A stretch of DNA of 64,000 nucleotides from Planctomycetia bacterium (GTDB taxonomy: Bacteria > Planctomycetota > Planctomycetia > Pirellulales > UBA1268), in contig JBAXUY010000001.1 in NCBI GenBank assembly GCA_037129475.1, forward strand, positions 37,380 to 101,379, written 5' to 3'. Within the stretch, counting starts at the first letter, position 1; each line of letters opens with the position of its first letter. A model generated the notes under the pieces. It searched no databases, was not told the DNA's origin, and worked only from the letters and a program-made list of their open reading frames with translations. Positions 19,559 to 28,443 of this stretch are shown one piece after another. Made by a program: the position numbers and the translations under genes.

Positions 19559-20377
19559 ATGCGACGAGCCATCCCTACCAGCAAACCCTCACGCGGCGCA
19601 CGCACGCCGGCGTCCCGGGATTCGGCTGCCGAACGGAAGCAGTTTCTCGATTCGATCGCGCCCGGCAGCCACTTCCATCGCGTCTTCGACGGTCTCGACG
19701 ACGTGCTCTTCTTTGCCCGAAACCGTGCCGGAGAGATACTCTTCTTCAGCCGGGGCATTCAGCCACACGACGCGCTCGCGCACGACGGTCAGGACGCCGG
19801 GGTGGACGACGACGCGCGGTCACGCTGCCGGCCGGCGCCGGAATATGTGGCGACCGACCGCGACGTAATCGAGTCGCAGAAGCCGTCTCTCGGGCACGTG
19901 GAGATGTGGTTCGACGAGGTCGGCCTGCCCGATTGGTATGAGGTGAACAAGTATCCGATCTTCGATCGCAAGGGGGCGGTGATCGGCGTCATGGGAACGC
20001 TGCGCCGCTTCCGCGGGGCCGCCCCGGGCAACGCGGCGTTCGGCCGGCTCGCCCCGGCTCTGGCGATCCTCGGCAACGACCTGCAGAAGTTTCCCCCGCT
20101 CGAGCGGCTGGCGGCGGCGTGCCGGATGTCGCCCCGCAATCTGCAGCGTGCCTTCCACGACGTGTTCGATTTCGGCCCCCGGGATTACTGGATGAAGTGC
20201 CGGATCCGGGCGGCCTGCGCTGCACTGCGGGCCGGAGCGAAATCGCAGACTGATATCGCGCTTTCGCTCGGATTTTGCGACCAGGCCAACTTTTCACAGC
20301 ACTTCCATCGGCACACCGGAATCACACCCTCGGCCTACTCGAGGCAGGCCCGGCCGACGAAACGGGGTGCCCAGTGA
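19559..20377 (+). CDS. AraC family transcriptional regulator with N-terminal PAS-like sensor region
   Basis: C-terminal double HTH LAAACRMSPRNLQRAFHDVF...IALSLGFCDQANFSQHFHRHTGITPSAY. Start re-picked at ATG 19559. Two TGTCGACA sites lie just upstream. Confidence 0.8.
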   Translation: MRRAIPTSKPSRGARTPASRDSAAERKQFLDSIAPGSHFHRVFDGLDDVLFFARNRAGEILFFSRGIQPHDALAHDGQDAGVDDDARSRCRPAPEYVATDRDVIESQKPSLGHVEMWFDEVGLPDWYEVNKYPIFDRKGAVIGVMGTLRRFRGAAPGNAAFGRLAPALAILGNDLQKFPPLERLAAACRMSPRNLQRAFHDVFDFGPRDYWMKCRIRAACAALRAGAKSQTDIALSLGFCDQANFSQHFHRHTGITPSAYSRQARPTKRGAQ

Positions 20378-20608
20378 CAACCGTGAAAGCTCCAAAAATC
20401 GAAAAAACCAAGGAAATCGGCGTTTTTGGGGGGTTCGGCTGGCGTTTTCACACAAGCGGGGGGGTGGCGGCTGTGCCATAGTATCGCCGTGGGTCATGCA
20501 GCACGGGATGAGGCACAGAGAGTCCTGACAGCAGTTTCGATTCGAGTCGAAGCAGGGTCTAGTTTCAAAAGTTCAATTTTGTCCGGGGATTCAAAGGGGA
20601 GAGCTCCT

Positions 20609-21475
20609 ATGTCGTCCACGAAACTTTTGAGAGCGGTGATCGGAGCGGTGTTGTTCGCTTCGGCTCTCGTCTCATCGCACGTCGCCATTGCCGTGCCTAC
20701 GAGCTGGAACGCGTTCAATGATTTTTATCTGTCACCCACCGCCACTGGCTGGACGGGGGCAACCTCTCCGAGTTCAACCGGAGCAGCCTGGGGTTACTAC
20801 GATGGGAACGTCAACGGATCCAGTTTCCCGTCCCAAATAGGTTCTTACTTCACCCCGAGCTCCTCGGGCGCCGGCAGCCAGAGTCTCTATCAATTTTCGA
20901 ACGTTTCACCTTTGGGCTCGGGCTATTTCTTCAACAACACTGGCTGGGCTGCCACCGGAGGAGCGGGATTTGCTTACTACGCTGACAATCAGGGATGGGG
21001 CACCAGCCTCGGCAGTTACCCCACTCCATGGTTCAGCGGTGCTCCAGGATACGACTACTCTTTGAGCAATTTTATCTGGATGCAGCCTGCCTGGTTGAAC
21101 GGGCCTGGCGTCGAGGGAATTGCTCCGGTCCTGAGTTGGACCGCCCCCGCTTCTGGTGATTACACGTTCTCCGGTCAGTGGGTTACTGGAAATCAGCCCG
21201 GCAACAGTGCATCGGCGGCGATCGTCGACAGCTTGGGTGGCAGTGCGATTCAGAGCCGAACGGCCTTGGCGAACAACAGCCTCAACCCCTTCAGCTTTAC
21301 GAAGTCGTACAGTGCGGGCGACGTGGTCCAGTTCCAAGTCGGCTCCAACTTCGCGACCGGCAACGCCGTAGGCTTGCAGTTGAACGTCGTGGCGGTCCCC
21401 GAACCGTCGTCGATCGTGCTGCTGGCGACCGCGGCAGCGGGTGCCGCTGTGTGTGCCTACCGGAGGCGGAAGTAG
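20609..21475 (+). CDS. PEP-CTERM-anchored secreted protein, paralog of 6068-6967
   Basis: Signal peptide MSSTKLLRAVIGAVLFASALVSSHVAIA. C-terminus VPEPSSIVLLATAAAGAAVCAYRRRK is a PEP-CTERM sorting signal. Lower GC than its surroundings. Confidence 0.82.
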   Translation: MSSTKLLRAVIGAVLFASALVSSHVAIAVPTSWNAFNDFYLSPTATGWTGATSPSSTGAAWGYYDGNVNGSSFPSQIGSYFTPSSSGAGSQSLYQFSNVSPLGSGYFFNNTGWAATGGAGFAYYADNQGWGTSLGSYPTPWFSGAPGYDYSLSNFIWMQPAWLNGPGVEGIAPVLSWTAPASGDYTFSGQWVTGNQPGNSASAAIVDSLGGSAIQSRTALANNSLNPFSFTKSYSAGDVVQFQVGSNFATGNAVGLQLNVVAVPEPSSIVLLATAAAGAAVCAYRRRK

Positions 21476-21537
21476 TCGGCAGCGGTGCCGGCGATCGGTG
21501 CCGCGACCCGGGTTGAAAAAGCGTTTTCCACACAGGC

Positions 21538-21600
21538 CAGCCCTGTGCGGGTCGTGAGGCGAAAAGCCGGCACGGCCCGCACAGGGCTGTCGGCGTTTTC
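21538..21600 (+). terminator. Rho-independent terminator-like hairpin after the PEP-CTERM gene
   Basis: Perfect 14-bp inverted repeat CAGCCCTGTGCGGG (21538-21551) / CCCGCACAGGGCTG (21576-21589), followed by TCGGCGTTTTC. Confidence 0.5.
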
Positions 21601-21631
21601 GGGGCAGGGCGGGCGTCCGTTGTGAAAAATC

Positions 21632-21639
21632 TGTCGACA
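21632..21639. promoter_or_regulatory. TGTCGACA palindrome (site 8), upstream of E1 alpha-beta gene
   Basis: tcTGTCGACAGTTTagact, about 68 nt upstream of ATG 21707. Confidence 0.5.
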
Positions 21640-21706
21640 GTTTAGACTCCCAGTCGGTGGATCTCGCCGCCGTCAGCATCGGCACCGTCCCGAATGGAGG
21701 AGACGC

Positions 21707-23758
21707 ATGACCGTGAAACGCGAACGCACTACGACCGCAACGAAGCCGCGTCGCGGGGCCCGGGAGGCGGAGCCCGCGGCGAGCGAACCCGCCCGCGGGG
21801 AACTGCTCGACCTCTTCCGCTCGATGCTCACGATCCGGCTCACGGAAGAGGAACTCGCCCGCTGCCACCAACGGGGGCTGATCCACGGCGCCTGCCACAC
21901 CTACGTGGGCCAGGAGGCGATCGCCTCGGGCGTGTGTGCGCATCTCGAGCCGAGTGACGTCGTCTTCAGCACCCATCGCGGCCACGGCCACGCGCTGGCC
22001 AAGGGCCTCCCTCCGGAGCAGCTCATCGCCGAACTCTTCGGCCGGGCCACAGGGTGCTCGCGTGGGCGCGGTGGCAGCATGCACCTCTTCGCCCCCGAGA
22101 TCGGCCTCCTCGGCACGAGCGGGATCGTCGGCCCCTGCATTCTCCAGGCGGCCGGCGGCGGCTACGCCTTCAAGCTCGCGGGCAACGGCGGCGTGGCGGT
22201 GGCCTTCTTCGGCGACGGCGCCGTGAACAACGGCGCCTTCCACGAAGGGCTCAACATGGCGGCCATCTGGAAGCTGCCGGTGCTCTTCATCTGCGAGAAC
22301 AACCAGTTCGCCACGGAAGTTCCCTTCCGCGAGGCGAGCGGCATCCCCGACGTTGGCCGCCGCGCCGCCAACTACGGCCTCGCCGGCGAGGAGGTCGACG
22401 GCAACGACGTGCTCGCGGTGCACGCGGCCGCAGCGCGGGCCGTGGCCCGGGCGCGGGCCGGCGAGGGAGCCACGCTCATCGAGTGCAAGACCTACCGCAC
22501 GCGGGCCCACGCCGAGGGGATGAGCGACTTCGACTACCGCACCCGTGAGGAGGTGGACGACTGGAAGGGGCGGTGTCCGATCGCCACCTTTCGCCGCGTG
22601 CTCGAGACGGAGCATGGGATCCCCGCCGCGGAACTCGACGCCGTGGAGGCCGAGGTGGCCGACGAGGTAGCCCGCGGCCGTGCGGCCGCCGAGAAGGCTC
22701 CCGAGCCCCCTCCGACCGATGCCACCACGCACGTCTACGCCACGCCACGAAACGTGACCGAACCGTCGGCTGACCCGTCCGCGCGGCAGATCACGTTCGT
22801 CCAAGCCACTGTCGAGGCGCTCGATACGGCGATGGCTGCCGATCCGTCGATCTTCGTCCTCGGCGAGGGCATCGGCCGCCGCGGTGGGAGCTTTCGCACC
22901 ACGGCCGGCCTGTTCGCGAAGTACGGGGCCGACCGGCTCCGCGACACGCCGATCTCCGAGCGGGGCTTCACGGGCCTCGCCTGCGGCGCGGCGATGGCGG
23001 GGGCTCGGCCGGTCGTCGACTTCATGTTCATCGACTTCCTGCTCGACGCCTGGGGCGAGGTCGTCAACCAGATCGCGAAGATGCAATTCATGTCGAGCGG
23101 CCGGCTCAAGATGCCGGTCGTACTCCGCGGCTGCATCGGCATGGGTCACTCCGCGGCCACGCACCACTCGGGCAGCTACTACGGCATGCTCGCACAGGTG
23201 CCGGGCCTGCGGGTGGTCGTGCCCTCGACGCCCCGCGACGCCAAGGGGCTCTTTCTGCACGCGCTGCGCGGCGACGACCCCGTGTTTTTCCTCGATCACC
23301 GCGAACTTCTGCAGGTGAAGGGCCCGGTGGAGGAGACCGACTTCGAGATCCCCTTCGGCCGCGCGCGGATCGCCCGCGCGGGCACGGACGCCACGGTCGT
23401 GGCCCTGGGTCGGATGAACCACCTCTGCCTCGCCGCCGCGGAGGTGCTCGCCAAGGAGGGGGCGAGCATCGAGGTGATCGATCCGCGGACGGTGAACCCG
23501 TTTGACGCCGACACGGTCCTGGCCTCGGTGGCGAAGACGGGCCGGCTGCTCGTGGTCGACGAGCCGACGGGGCCCTGCGGCCTCGCGGCGGAGGTGGCGG
23601 CGCTCGCAGCTGACCGCGGCTTCGACGATCTCGACGCGCCGGTGCGGCGGCTGTGCAGCGTGGCGTCGCCCACGCCCTACAGCCCCGTGCTCGAGGCGCA
23701 GGTGCTGCCCTCCGCCGCAACGGTCGAGGCGGCGATCCGCAGCCTGCTCGCGGAGTGA
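21707..23758 (+). CDS. 2-oxoacid dehydrogenase E1 component, fused alpha and beta subunits (TPP-dependent)
   Basis: 683 aa. The alpha part has the TPP motif GDGAVNNGAFHEGLNMAAIWKLPVLFICENNQFA. The beta part has DTPISERGFTGLACGAAMAGARPVV and a C-terminal transketolase-like domain. Confidence 0.9.
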   Translation: MTVKRERTTTATKPRRGAREAEPAASEPARGELLDLFRSMLTIRLTEEELARCHQRGLIHGACHTYVGQEAIASGVCAHLEPSDVVFSTHRGHGHALAKGLPPEQLIAELFGRATGCSRGRGGSMHLFAPEIGLLGTSGIVGPCILQAAGGGYAFKLAGNGGVAVAFFGDGAVNNGAFHEGLNMAAIWKLPVLFICENNQFATEVPFREASGIPDVGRRAANYGLAGEEVDGNDVLAVHAAAARAVARARAGEGATLIECKTYRTRAHAEGMSDFDYRTREEVDDWKGRCPIATFRRVLETEHGIPAAELDAVEAEVADEVARGRAAAEKAPEPPPTDATTHVYATPRNVTEPSADPSARQITFVQATVEALDTAMAADPSIFVLGEGIGRRGGSFRTTAGLFAKYGADRLRDTPISERGFTGLACGAAMAGARPVVDFMFIDFLLDAWGEVVNQIAKMQFMSSGRLKMPVVLRGCIGMGHSAATHHSGSYYGMLAQVPGLRVVVPSTPRDAKGLFLHALRGDDPVFFLDHRELLQVKGPVEETDFEIPFGRARIARAGTDATVVALGRMNHLCLAAAEVLAKEGASIEVIDPRTVNPFDADTVLASVAKTGRLLVVDEPTGPCGLAAEVAALAADRGFDDLDAPVRRLCSVASPTPYSPVLEAQVLPSAATVEAAIRSLLAE

Positions 23759-23786
23759 CACGGAACGACGAGGAGCATGACACGCG

Positions 23787-25247
23787 ATGGCTGCTGAAGT
23801 CACGATCCCCCGGCTCGGATGGTCGATGGAGGAGGGTGTGTTCGCCGGCTGGCTCAAGCAGCCCGGAGACACGGTGAAGCCCGGTGAGCAACTCTTCATG
23901 CTCGAGGGGGAGAAGGCCACGCAGGAGATCGAGGCGGTCGACGGCGGAATCTTGCATCTCGCGCCCGACGCGCCGAACGCGGGCCAGACGGTGCTCGTGG
24001 GCCGCGTGATCGGAAAGCTCTGCGCCGCGGGCGAGACGCCGACCTGGTCGGCCGCCCCGGCGGCGCCCGTCGCCGCGCCCGCACCCGCGGCGGTGAACGC
24101 CCCCGCTCCTGAACGGGCGGCCCCAGTTCCGCCGCCCGCTCCCGCGCCCAGGGCGGTTCCCATTCCCACACCCGCTGCGAACGGCGGCCGACCATCATCC
24201 GGCGCCGTGCCCGCTGCCGCATCGCCGAGCGTGCGACGGCTCGCGCGGCAACTTGGCATCGACCTCGCGACAATCACGCCGCGACTGCCCGGTGGACGGC
24301 TGTCCGTCGACGATCTCGCTCCGGCGCGGCCTGCCACGAGGCTGTCACACTCTTCATCGACCCCTGCCGCCGCCCCGGTGGTGAGCCGTAAAAGTTCGCC
24401 GCGGGCCCGACGTGCGGCTCAGGAACGCGGCATCGACGTGGCTACGGTCCGTGGCGGCGGAGCGAATGGCCGTGTCCGCGAGCGCGACGTGCTCGCAGCG
24501 GCCAACGGCGGCATCGCCCATGCCGCGGACCCGATGACGAGTTCGGCGGGCGGCTCCGCGATCCCGATCTCGCAAACCCGGCGGACGATCGCCCGGCAGA
24601 TGGTGCGGAGCCGGCAGGAGACGGTGCCCGTCACGCTCACGGCGTGGGCCGACGCGACGGCGCTCCTCGCCGCCCGCTCGGCCCTCAAAGCCGCCGCCGG
24701 CCCCGAGGCTCCGACGCTCAACGACATGCTGCTCAAACTCCTCGCCGAGTCGATCCTCGCCCATCCGCTGCTCGCCGCCCGCTGGGAGGAAACGCAGCTC
24801 GTGTTTCCCGGCGATCGCATCGACATCGGCCTCGCCGTCGACGCGAAGGGCGGCCTCGTCGTGCCGGTGGTGCGCGACGTGGCGGCTGTGACGCTGTTCG
24901 ACGTGGCGCGGCAGTCGCGCTCGCTCGTGGAGCGGGCCCGCTCCGGCCGGCTCACGGCCGCCGACATGCAGGGGGGCGTGTTCACGCTCACGAGCCTCGG
25001 CTCGTACGGGATCGAATTCTTCACGCCCGTGATCAACCATCCCGAGGCGGCGATCCTCGGCGTCGGCGCGATCCGGATGCAGCCCGTGCCGCCCCCCGGT
25101 GGCCAGGACGGCTTCATCCTCCAGCGGCAGATCCCGCTCTCGCTCACGTTCGATCACCGGATCGTCGACGGCGGGCCGGCGGCGCGGTTCCTCGGCGACC
25201 TGGCCGCGCGGATCGCCGCGGCGGGCGAGACGGAAGGTGCAGCCTGA
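23787..25247 (+). CDS. Dihydrolipoamide acyltransferase (E2) of a 2-oxoacid dehydrogenase complex
   Basis: Lipoyl domain (MLEGEKATQEIEA). Two peripheral-subunit-binding-like segments (ASPSVRRLARQLGIDLATI; SSPRARRAAQERGIDVATVRGGGANGRV). Catalytic domain with LSLTFDHRIVDGGPAARFL. Confidence 0.9.
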   Translation: MAAEVTIPRLGWSMEEGVFAGWLKQPGDTVKPGEQLFMLEGEKATQEIEAVDGGILHLAPDAPNAGQTVLVGRVIGKLCAAGETPTWSAAPAAPVAAPAPAAVNAPAPERAAPVPPPAPAPRAVPIPTPAANGGRPSSGAVPAAASPSVRRLARQLGIDLATITPRLPGGRLSVDDLAPARPATRLSHSSSTPAAAPVVSRKSSPRARRAAQERGIDVATVRGGGANGRVRERDVLAAANGGIAHAADPMTSSAGGSAIPISQTRRTIARQMVRSRQETVPVTLTAWADATALLAARSALKAAAGPEAPTLNDMLLKLLAESILAHPLLAARWEETQLVFPGDRIDIGLAVDAKGGLVVPVVRDVAAVTLFDVARQSRSLVERARSGRLTAADMQGGVFTLTSLGSYGIEFFTPVINHPEAAILGVGAIRMQPVPPPGGQDGFILQRQIPLSLTFDHRIVDGGPAARFLGDLAARIAAAGETEGAA

Positions 25248-25283
25248 CTTTAGTCGGCAGGATGAGATGACGTCGGAGCGAAC

Positions 25284-25964
25284 CTAGGGATTCGCCTTGT
25301 CGTCGTCGGCCGGCGCCTTCGGCATCACCTTGATCCAGCCTGCGACGTGCTTGTGGGCTGCTGCGGCGGCCTTCTTCGGGTCGCCCGAGCGGATGGCGTC
25401 GAGGAGCGTCTGATGGGCCTCGGCGGTCTCCTGCCTGGTGCGCTTGGTGACCGGCTGATGTCGCATCTGCATCTGGGCGAGCCAGAGGCCGACCTGATCG
25501 CGGAGAGAGTTCCAGCAGAGCAGGAGCCGGCGGTTGCCCGCCGCGCGGACGATCGTGTCGTGGAATTCCGCATCGAGCCGGGAGACGTCGGCGAGCGTCT
25601 TTACCGACCTCGTGGCGGCGATGTTCGCGGCCAGCGCGTTGAACGTGGAGGCCTTCGCCCGCTCGGCGGCCAGGGAAGCCGCGACGGGATCGATCATCAG
25701 CCGGACCGTGTGGATCTCGTCGATGTCCAGCGGGCTGAGCACGGGCACGCGAGTACGGCCCGTGGCGTCGAACTCCACGAGGCCCCGCAATTCCAACTCG
25801 ATGAGCGCCTCGCGGATCGGCGCCCGGCTGACGCCGAGCATCTCCGAGAGCGACGGCTCCGAAATCTTCGAGCCCGGCTTGAACTGGCCGGCCATGATCG
25901 CCCGGGCCAGACGGGAGCAAACAGTCTGCGACAGGTTGTTGCGTTCGACGCGGGCGAGAGGCAT
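25284..25964 (-). CDS. GntR family (FadR-subfamily-like) transcriptional regulator
   Basis: Start re-picked at MPLARVERNN. Winged HTH SEPSLSEMLGVSRAPIREALIELELRGLVE plus an all-helical FCD-like C-terminal domain. The rest of ORF 25284-26522 is antisense to the FAH gene. Confidence 0.88.
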   Translation of the reverse strand: MPLARVERNNLSQTVCSRLARAIMAGQFKPGSKISEPSLSEMLGVSRAPIREALIELELRGLVEFDATGRTRVPVLSPLDIDEIHTVRLMIDPVAASLAAERAKASTFNALAANIAATRSVKTLADVSRLDAEFHDTIVRAAGNRRLLLCWNSLRDQVGLWLAQMQMRHQPVTKRTRQETAEAHQTLLDAIRSGDPKKAAAAAHKHVAGWIKVMPKAPADDDKANP

Positions 25965-25999
25965 AGCGATGAGCCGATTATAGACAAAAAACCATGGAT

Positions 26000-26007
26000 T
26001 GTCGACG
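26000..26007. promoter_or_regulatory. Near-copy TGTCGACG (site 9), 36 nt upstream of the GntR gene start
   Basis: atTGTCGACGgat, 7 of 8 positions match. Confidence 0.35.
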
Positions 26008-26044
26008 GATGCCCGTGCGGCGGCCCCGGCTGCCGGCCGTCGCG

Positions 26045-26845
26045 TCAGGCCTCCTCGACCACAGGATTCGTGAGCCGTCCGATTTTCTCGATCTCGATCG
26101 TCACACTGTCGCCGGGCTTCAGGAACACCGGCGGCTTGCGGGCGAAGCCCACGCCGTGGGGCGTGCCGGTGAGGATCACCGTGCCGGGGTTCAGGATCAT
26201 GCTCGCCGACATGAACTCGATGATCGCGGGAACGTCGAAGATCATGTCGTTCGTATTCCAGTCCTGCAGTGTCTGACCGTTGAGGATCGTGCGGATCGCG
26301 AGCGCGTTGGGGTTCGGGATCTCGTCGGTCGTCACGAGCGCGGGGCCGAGCGGGCAGAACGTGGCGAAGGTCTTGCCGCGGCACCACTGACCGCCGCCGC
26401 CATTCCGCTGCCAATCGCGGGCGGAGACGTCGTTGGCACACGTGTAGCCGAGCACGTGCTTCAGCGCATCGGCCCGACCGACGTTGTGGCACCGCTTGCC
26501 GATCACCACCGCCAGTTCGCACTCGTAGTCGACCTCGTCGCTGCGGAGCTTCCGGGGGAGCACGATCGGGTCGCCGGGGTTCTGGAGCGTGCCCGAGTTC
26601 TTCATGAAGAGCACGGGGTGGGCCGGCGGTTCGGCGTTGCTCTCCGCGGCGTGCTGCTTGTAGTTGAGGCCGATGCAGAGGATGTCGCGGGGCACGAGCG
26701 GGGCGAGGAGTTTCTCGACCGTGGCCGGCGTGCCGGTGTCGCGGAGGCCGCCGAAGAGATCGCCCTCGAGGAGTGTCGTGCGGCCGTCATCGTGAAGCCG
26801 CCCAAAATGCTCGCGGCCGGAGGAGAGGAAGCGGACGATTTTCAT
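26045..26845 (-). CDS. Fumarylacetoacetate hydrolase (FAH) family protein
   Basis: Start MKIVRFLSSGREHFG. Motifs ILCIGLNYKQHAAE, DYECELAVVIG and VILTGTPHGVG. Confidence 0.88.
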   Translation of the reverse strand: MKIVRFLSSGREHFGRLHDDGRTTLLEGDLFGGLRDTGTPATVEKLLAPLVPRDILCIGLNYKQHAAESNAEPPAHPVLFMKNSGTLQNPGDPIVLPRKLRSDEVDYECELAVVIGKRCHNVGRADALKHVLGYTCANDVSARDWQRNGGGGQWCRGKTFATFCPLGPALVTTDEIPNPNALAIRTILNGQTLQDWNTNDMIFDVPAIIEFMSASMILNPGTVILTGTPHGVGFARKPPVFLKPGDSVTIEIEKIGRLTNPVVEEA

Positions 26846-26873
26846 GGCGTGGACCTCGGGGGAACGTGTGTGT

Positions 26874-26887
26874 AACTGTCGACAGTT
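26874..26887. promoter_or_regulatory. Perfect 14-bp palindrome AACTGTCGACAGTT (site 10), FAH/LpdA-like divergent region
   Basis: The longest symmetric version of the motif. It lies 29 nt from the FAH start (26845) and 132 nt from the LpdA-like start (27019). Confidence 0.55.
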
Positions 26888-27018
26888 CGGAGGCGAGTCT
26901 ACCGATGTACAGGCGAAAAGGATAGAACGTTGAACGTCGGTGCTGCGAGCGACGGGCGGACGCCGTTCGTGGGGCCAGGTCGCTCGCAGGCTCCAACCAA
27001 TTTTCCGATAGGAACGGT

Positions 27019-28407
27019 ATGGCACGACGCCAGCGGATCGCGATTCTCGGTGGCGGCCCCGGCGGGTACGAGGCGGCCCTTGTCGCCGCCCAGTTTGGCG
27101 CCGAGGTGACGCTCGTCGAGCGGGACGGGCTCGGTGGGGCGGCGGTGCGCACCGACTGCGTGCCGAGCAAGGCCCTCGTGGCGACGGCCGCGGCGATGAG
27201 CCAGATCCGCTCGGCGGCGACGCTGGGTGTCCATGCGGTGCAGCCCGGCTTCTCTGCCGCGGACATGAATCGGCGGATCGTGGCGCTGGCCCTGGCGCAG
27301 TCTCACGACGTTCGCCTCGGGCTGGAGCGGGCTGGCGTGCGGATCATCCTCGGCGAAGGGCGGCTGCACGGGCCGCAGCGGCTGCTCGTGCGCACTGCCG
27401 TGGGCACCGGACAGGAGCGGACGGAGGAACTCACTGCCGACGTCGTACTGCTGGCGACCGGGGCTCGTCCACGGATGCTGCCAGGGATCGTTCCTGACGG
27501 CGAACGAATCCTCACCTGGACGCAGCTCTACGGGCTTCGCGAACTGCCCGCCCATCTCGTCGTGGTGGGCTCCGGTGTGACCGGTGCCGAGTTCGCGTGT
27601 GCCTACCTGTCGCTCGGCTCCCGCGTGACGCTTGTCTCCTCGCGCGATCACGTGCTTCCCACCGAGGACGAGGATGCGGCGCTCGTGGTGGAGAAAGTCT
27701 TCCGCAGGAGCGGCGGCGTGGTAAAGCCACAGAGCAGGGCCGTCGCGGTGCAGCGGACCGGGGATGGCGTCGTGGTGCAGCTGGCCGACGGCGGCGAGGT
27801 CACGGGATCGCACGCCCTCGTCGCGATCGGTGCGGTTCCGAACACCGACGGGCTGGGGTTCGCGGAGGCGGGCGTGAGGCTCGACGACCGCGGCTTCATC
27901 GAGGTGGACCGCGTTTCGAGGACGGCGGCGGCCAACGTGTATGCCGCCGGAGACTGCACCGGCGTGCTCATGCTGGCGTCGGTGGCCGCGATGCAGGGAC
28001 GGATCGCGATGTGGCACGCGCTGGGGGAAACCGTGGCACCGCTCGATCTCGGCGTCGTCGCGGCGACGGTGTTCACTCAGCCGGAGATCGCGACCGTGGG
28101 TGATCGGAGCGGTCAGGAGTGCGTGCAACTCCCGCTTGCCACCAACGCCCGCGCGAAGATGGAGGTGATCGAGGATGGATTCATCAAGCTTTTCGCCCGC
28201 GCCGGCACCGTGGTCGGCGGGGTGGTCTGCTCGCCCCACGCCAGCGAACTCATCCATCCGATCACGATCGCCGTGGCCGAGCGGCTGACCGTCGATCGGC
28301 TCGCCCAGATCTTCACCGTCTATCCCTCGCTGTCGGGCTCTGTCGCCGAGGCCGCCCGTCGGCTGCATTCGCGCGGTGACGGACAGCACGAAAGGTCAAA
28401 ATCCTGA
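27019..28407 (+). CDS. Flavoprotein disulfide-reductase-fold NAD(P)H oxidoreductase, LpdA-like, lacking the redox-active CxxxxC
   Basis: FAD motif ILGGGPGGYEAA and NAD motif VVVGSGVTGAEFA. The site normally reading GGTCLNxGCIPSK reads GGAAVRTDCVPSK (one Cys only). The C-terminal HPTLSE-type His-Glu segment reads YPSLSGS. Confidence 0.85.
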   Translation: MARRQRIAILGGGPGGYEAALVAAQFGAEVTLVERDGLGGAAVRTDCVPSKALVATAAAMSQIRSAATLGVHAVQPGFSAADMNRRIVALALAQSHDVRLGLERAGVRIILGEGRLHGPQRLLVRTAVGTGQERTEELTADVVLLATGARPRMLPGIVPDGERILTWTQLYGLRELPAHLVVVGSGVTGAEFACAYLSLGSRVTLVSSRDHVLPTEDEDAALVVEKVFRRSGGVVKPQSRAVAVQRTGDGVVVQLADGGEVTGSHALVAIGAVPNTDGLGFAEAGVRLDDRGFIEVDRVSRTAAANVYAAGDCTGVLMLASVAAMQGRIAMWHALGETVAPLDLGVVAATVFTQPEIATVGDRSGQECVQLPLATNARAKMEVIEDGFIKLFARAGTVVGGVVCSPHASELIHPITIAVAERLTVDRLAQIFTVYPSLSGSVAEAARRLHSRGDGQHERSKS

Positions 28408-28443
28408 GATCCGGGATGGGGCAAGAAGCGCGGAGAGCGTCAA

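Noticed and set aside
20906-24337. 1143-aa minus-strand ORF spanning the PEP-CTERM, E1 and E2 genes
   Set aside because: This is the same high-GC antisense artefact. It crosses an intergenic region with a terminator hairpin and lies opposite three well-supported plus-strand genes.
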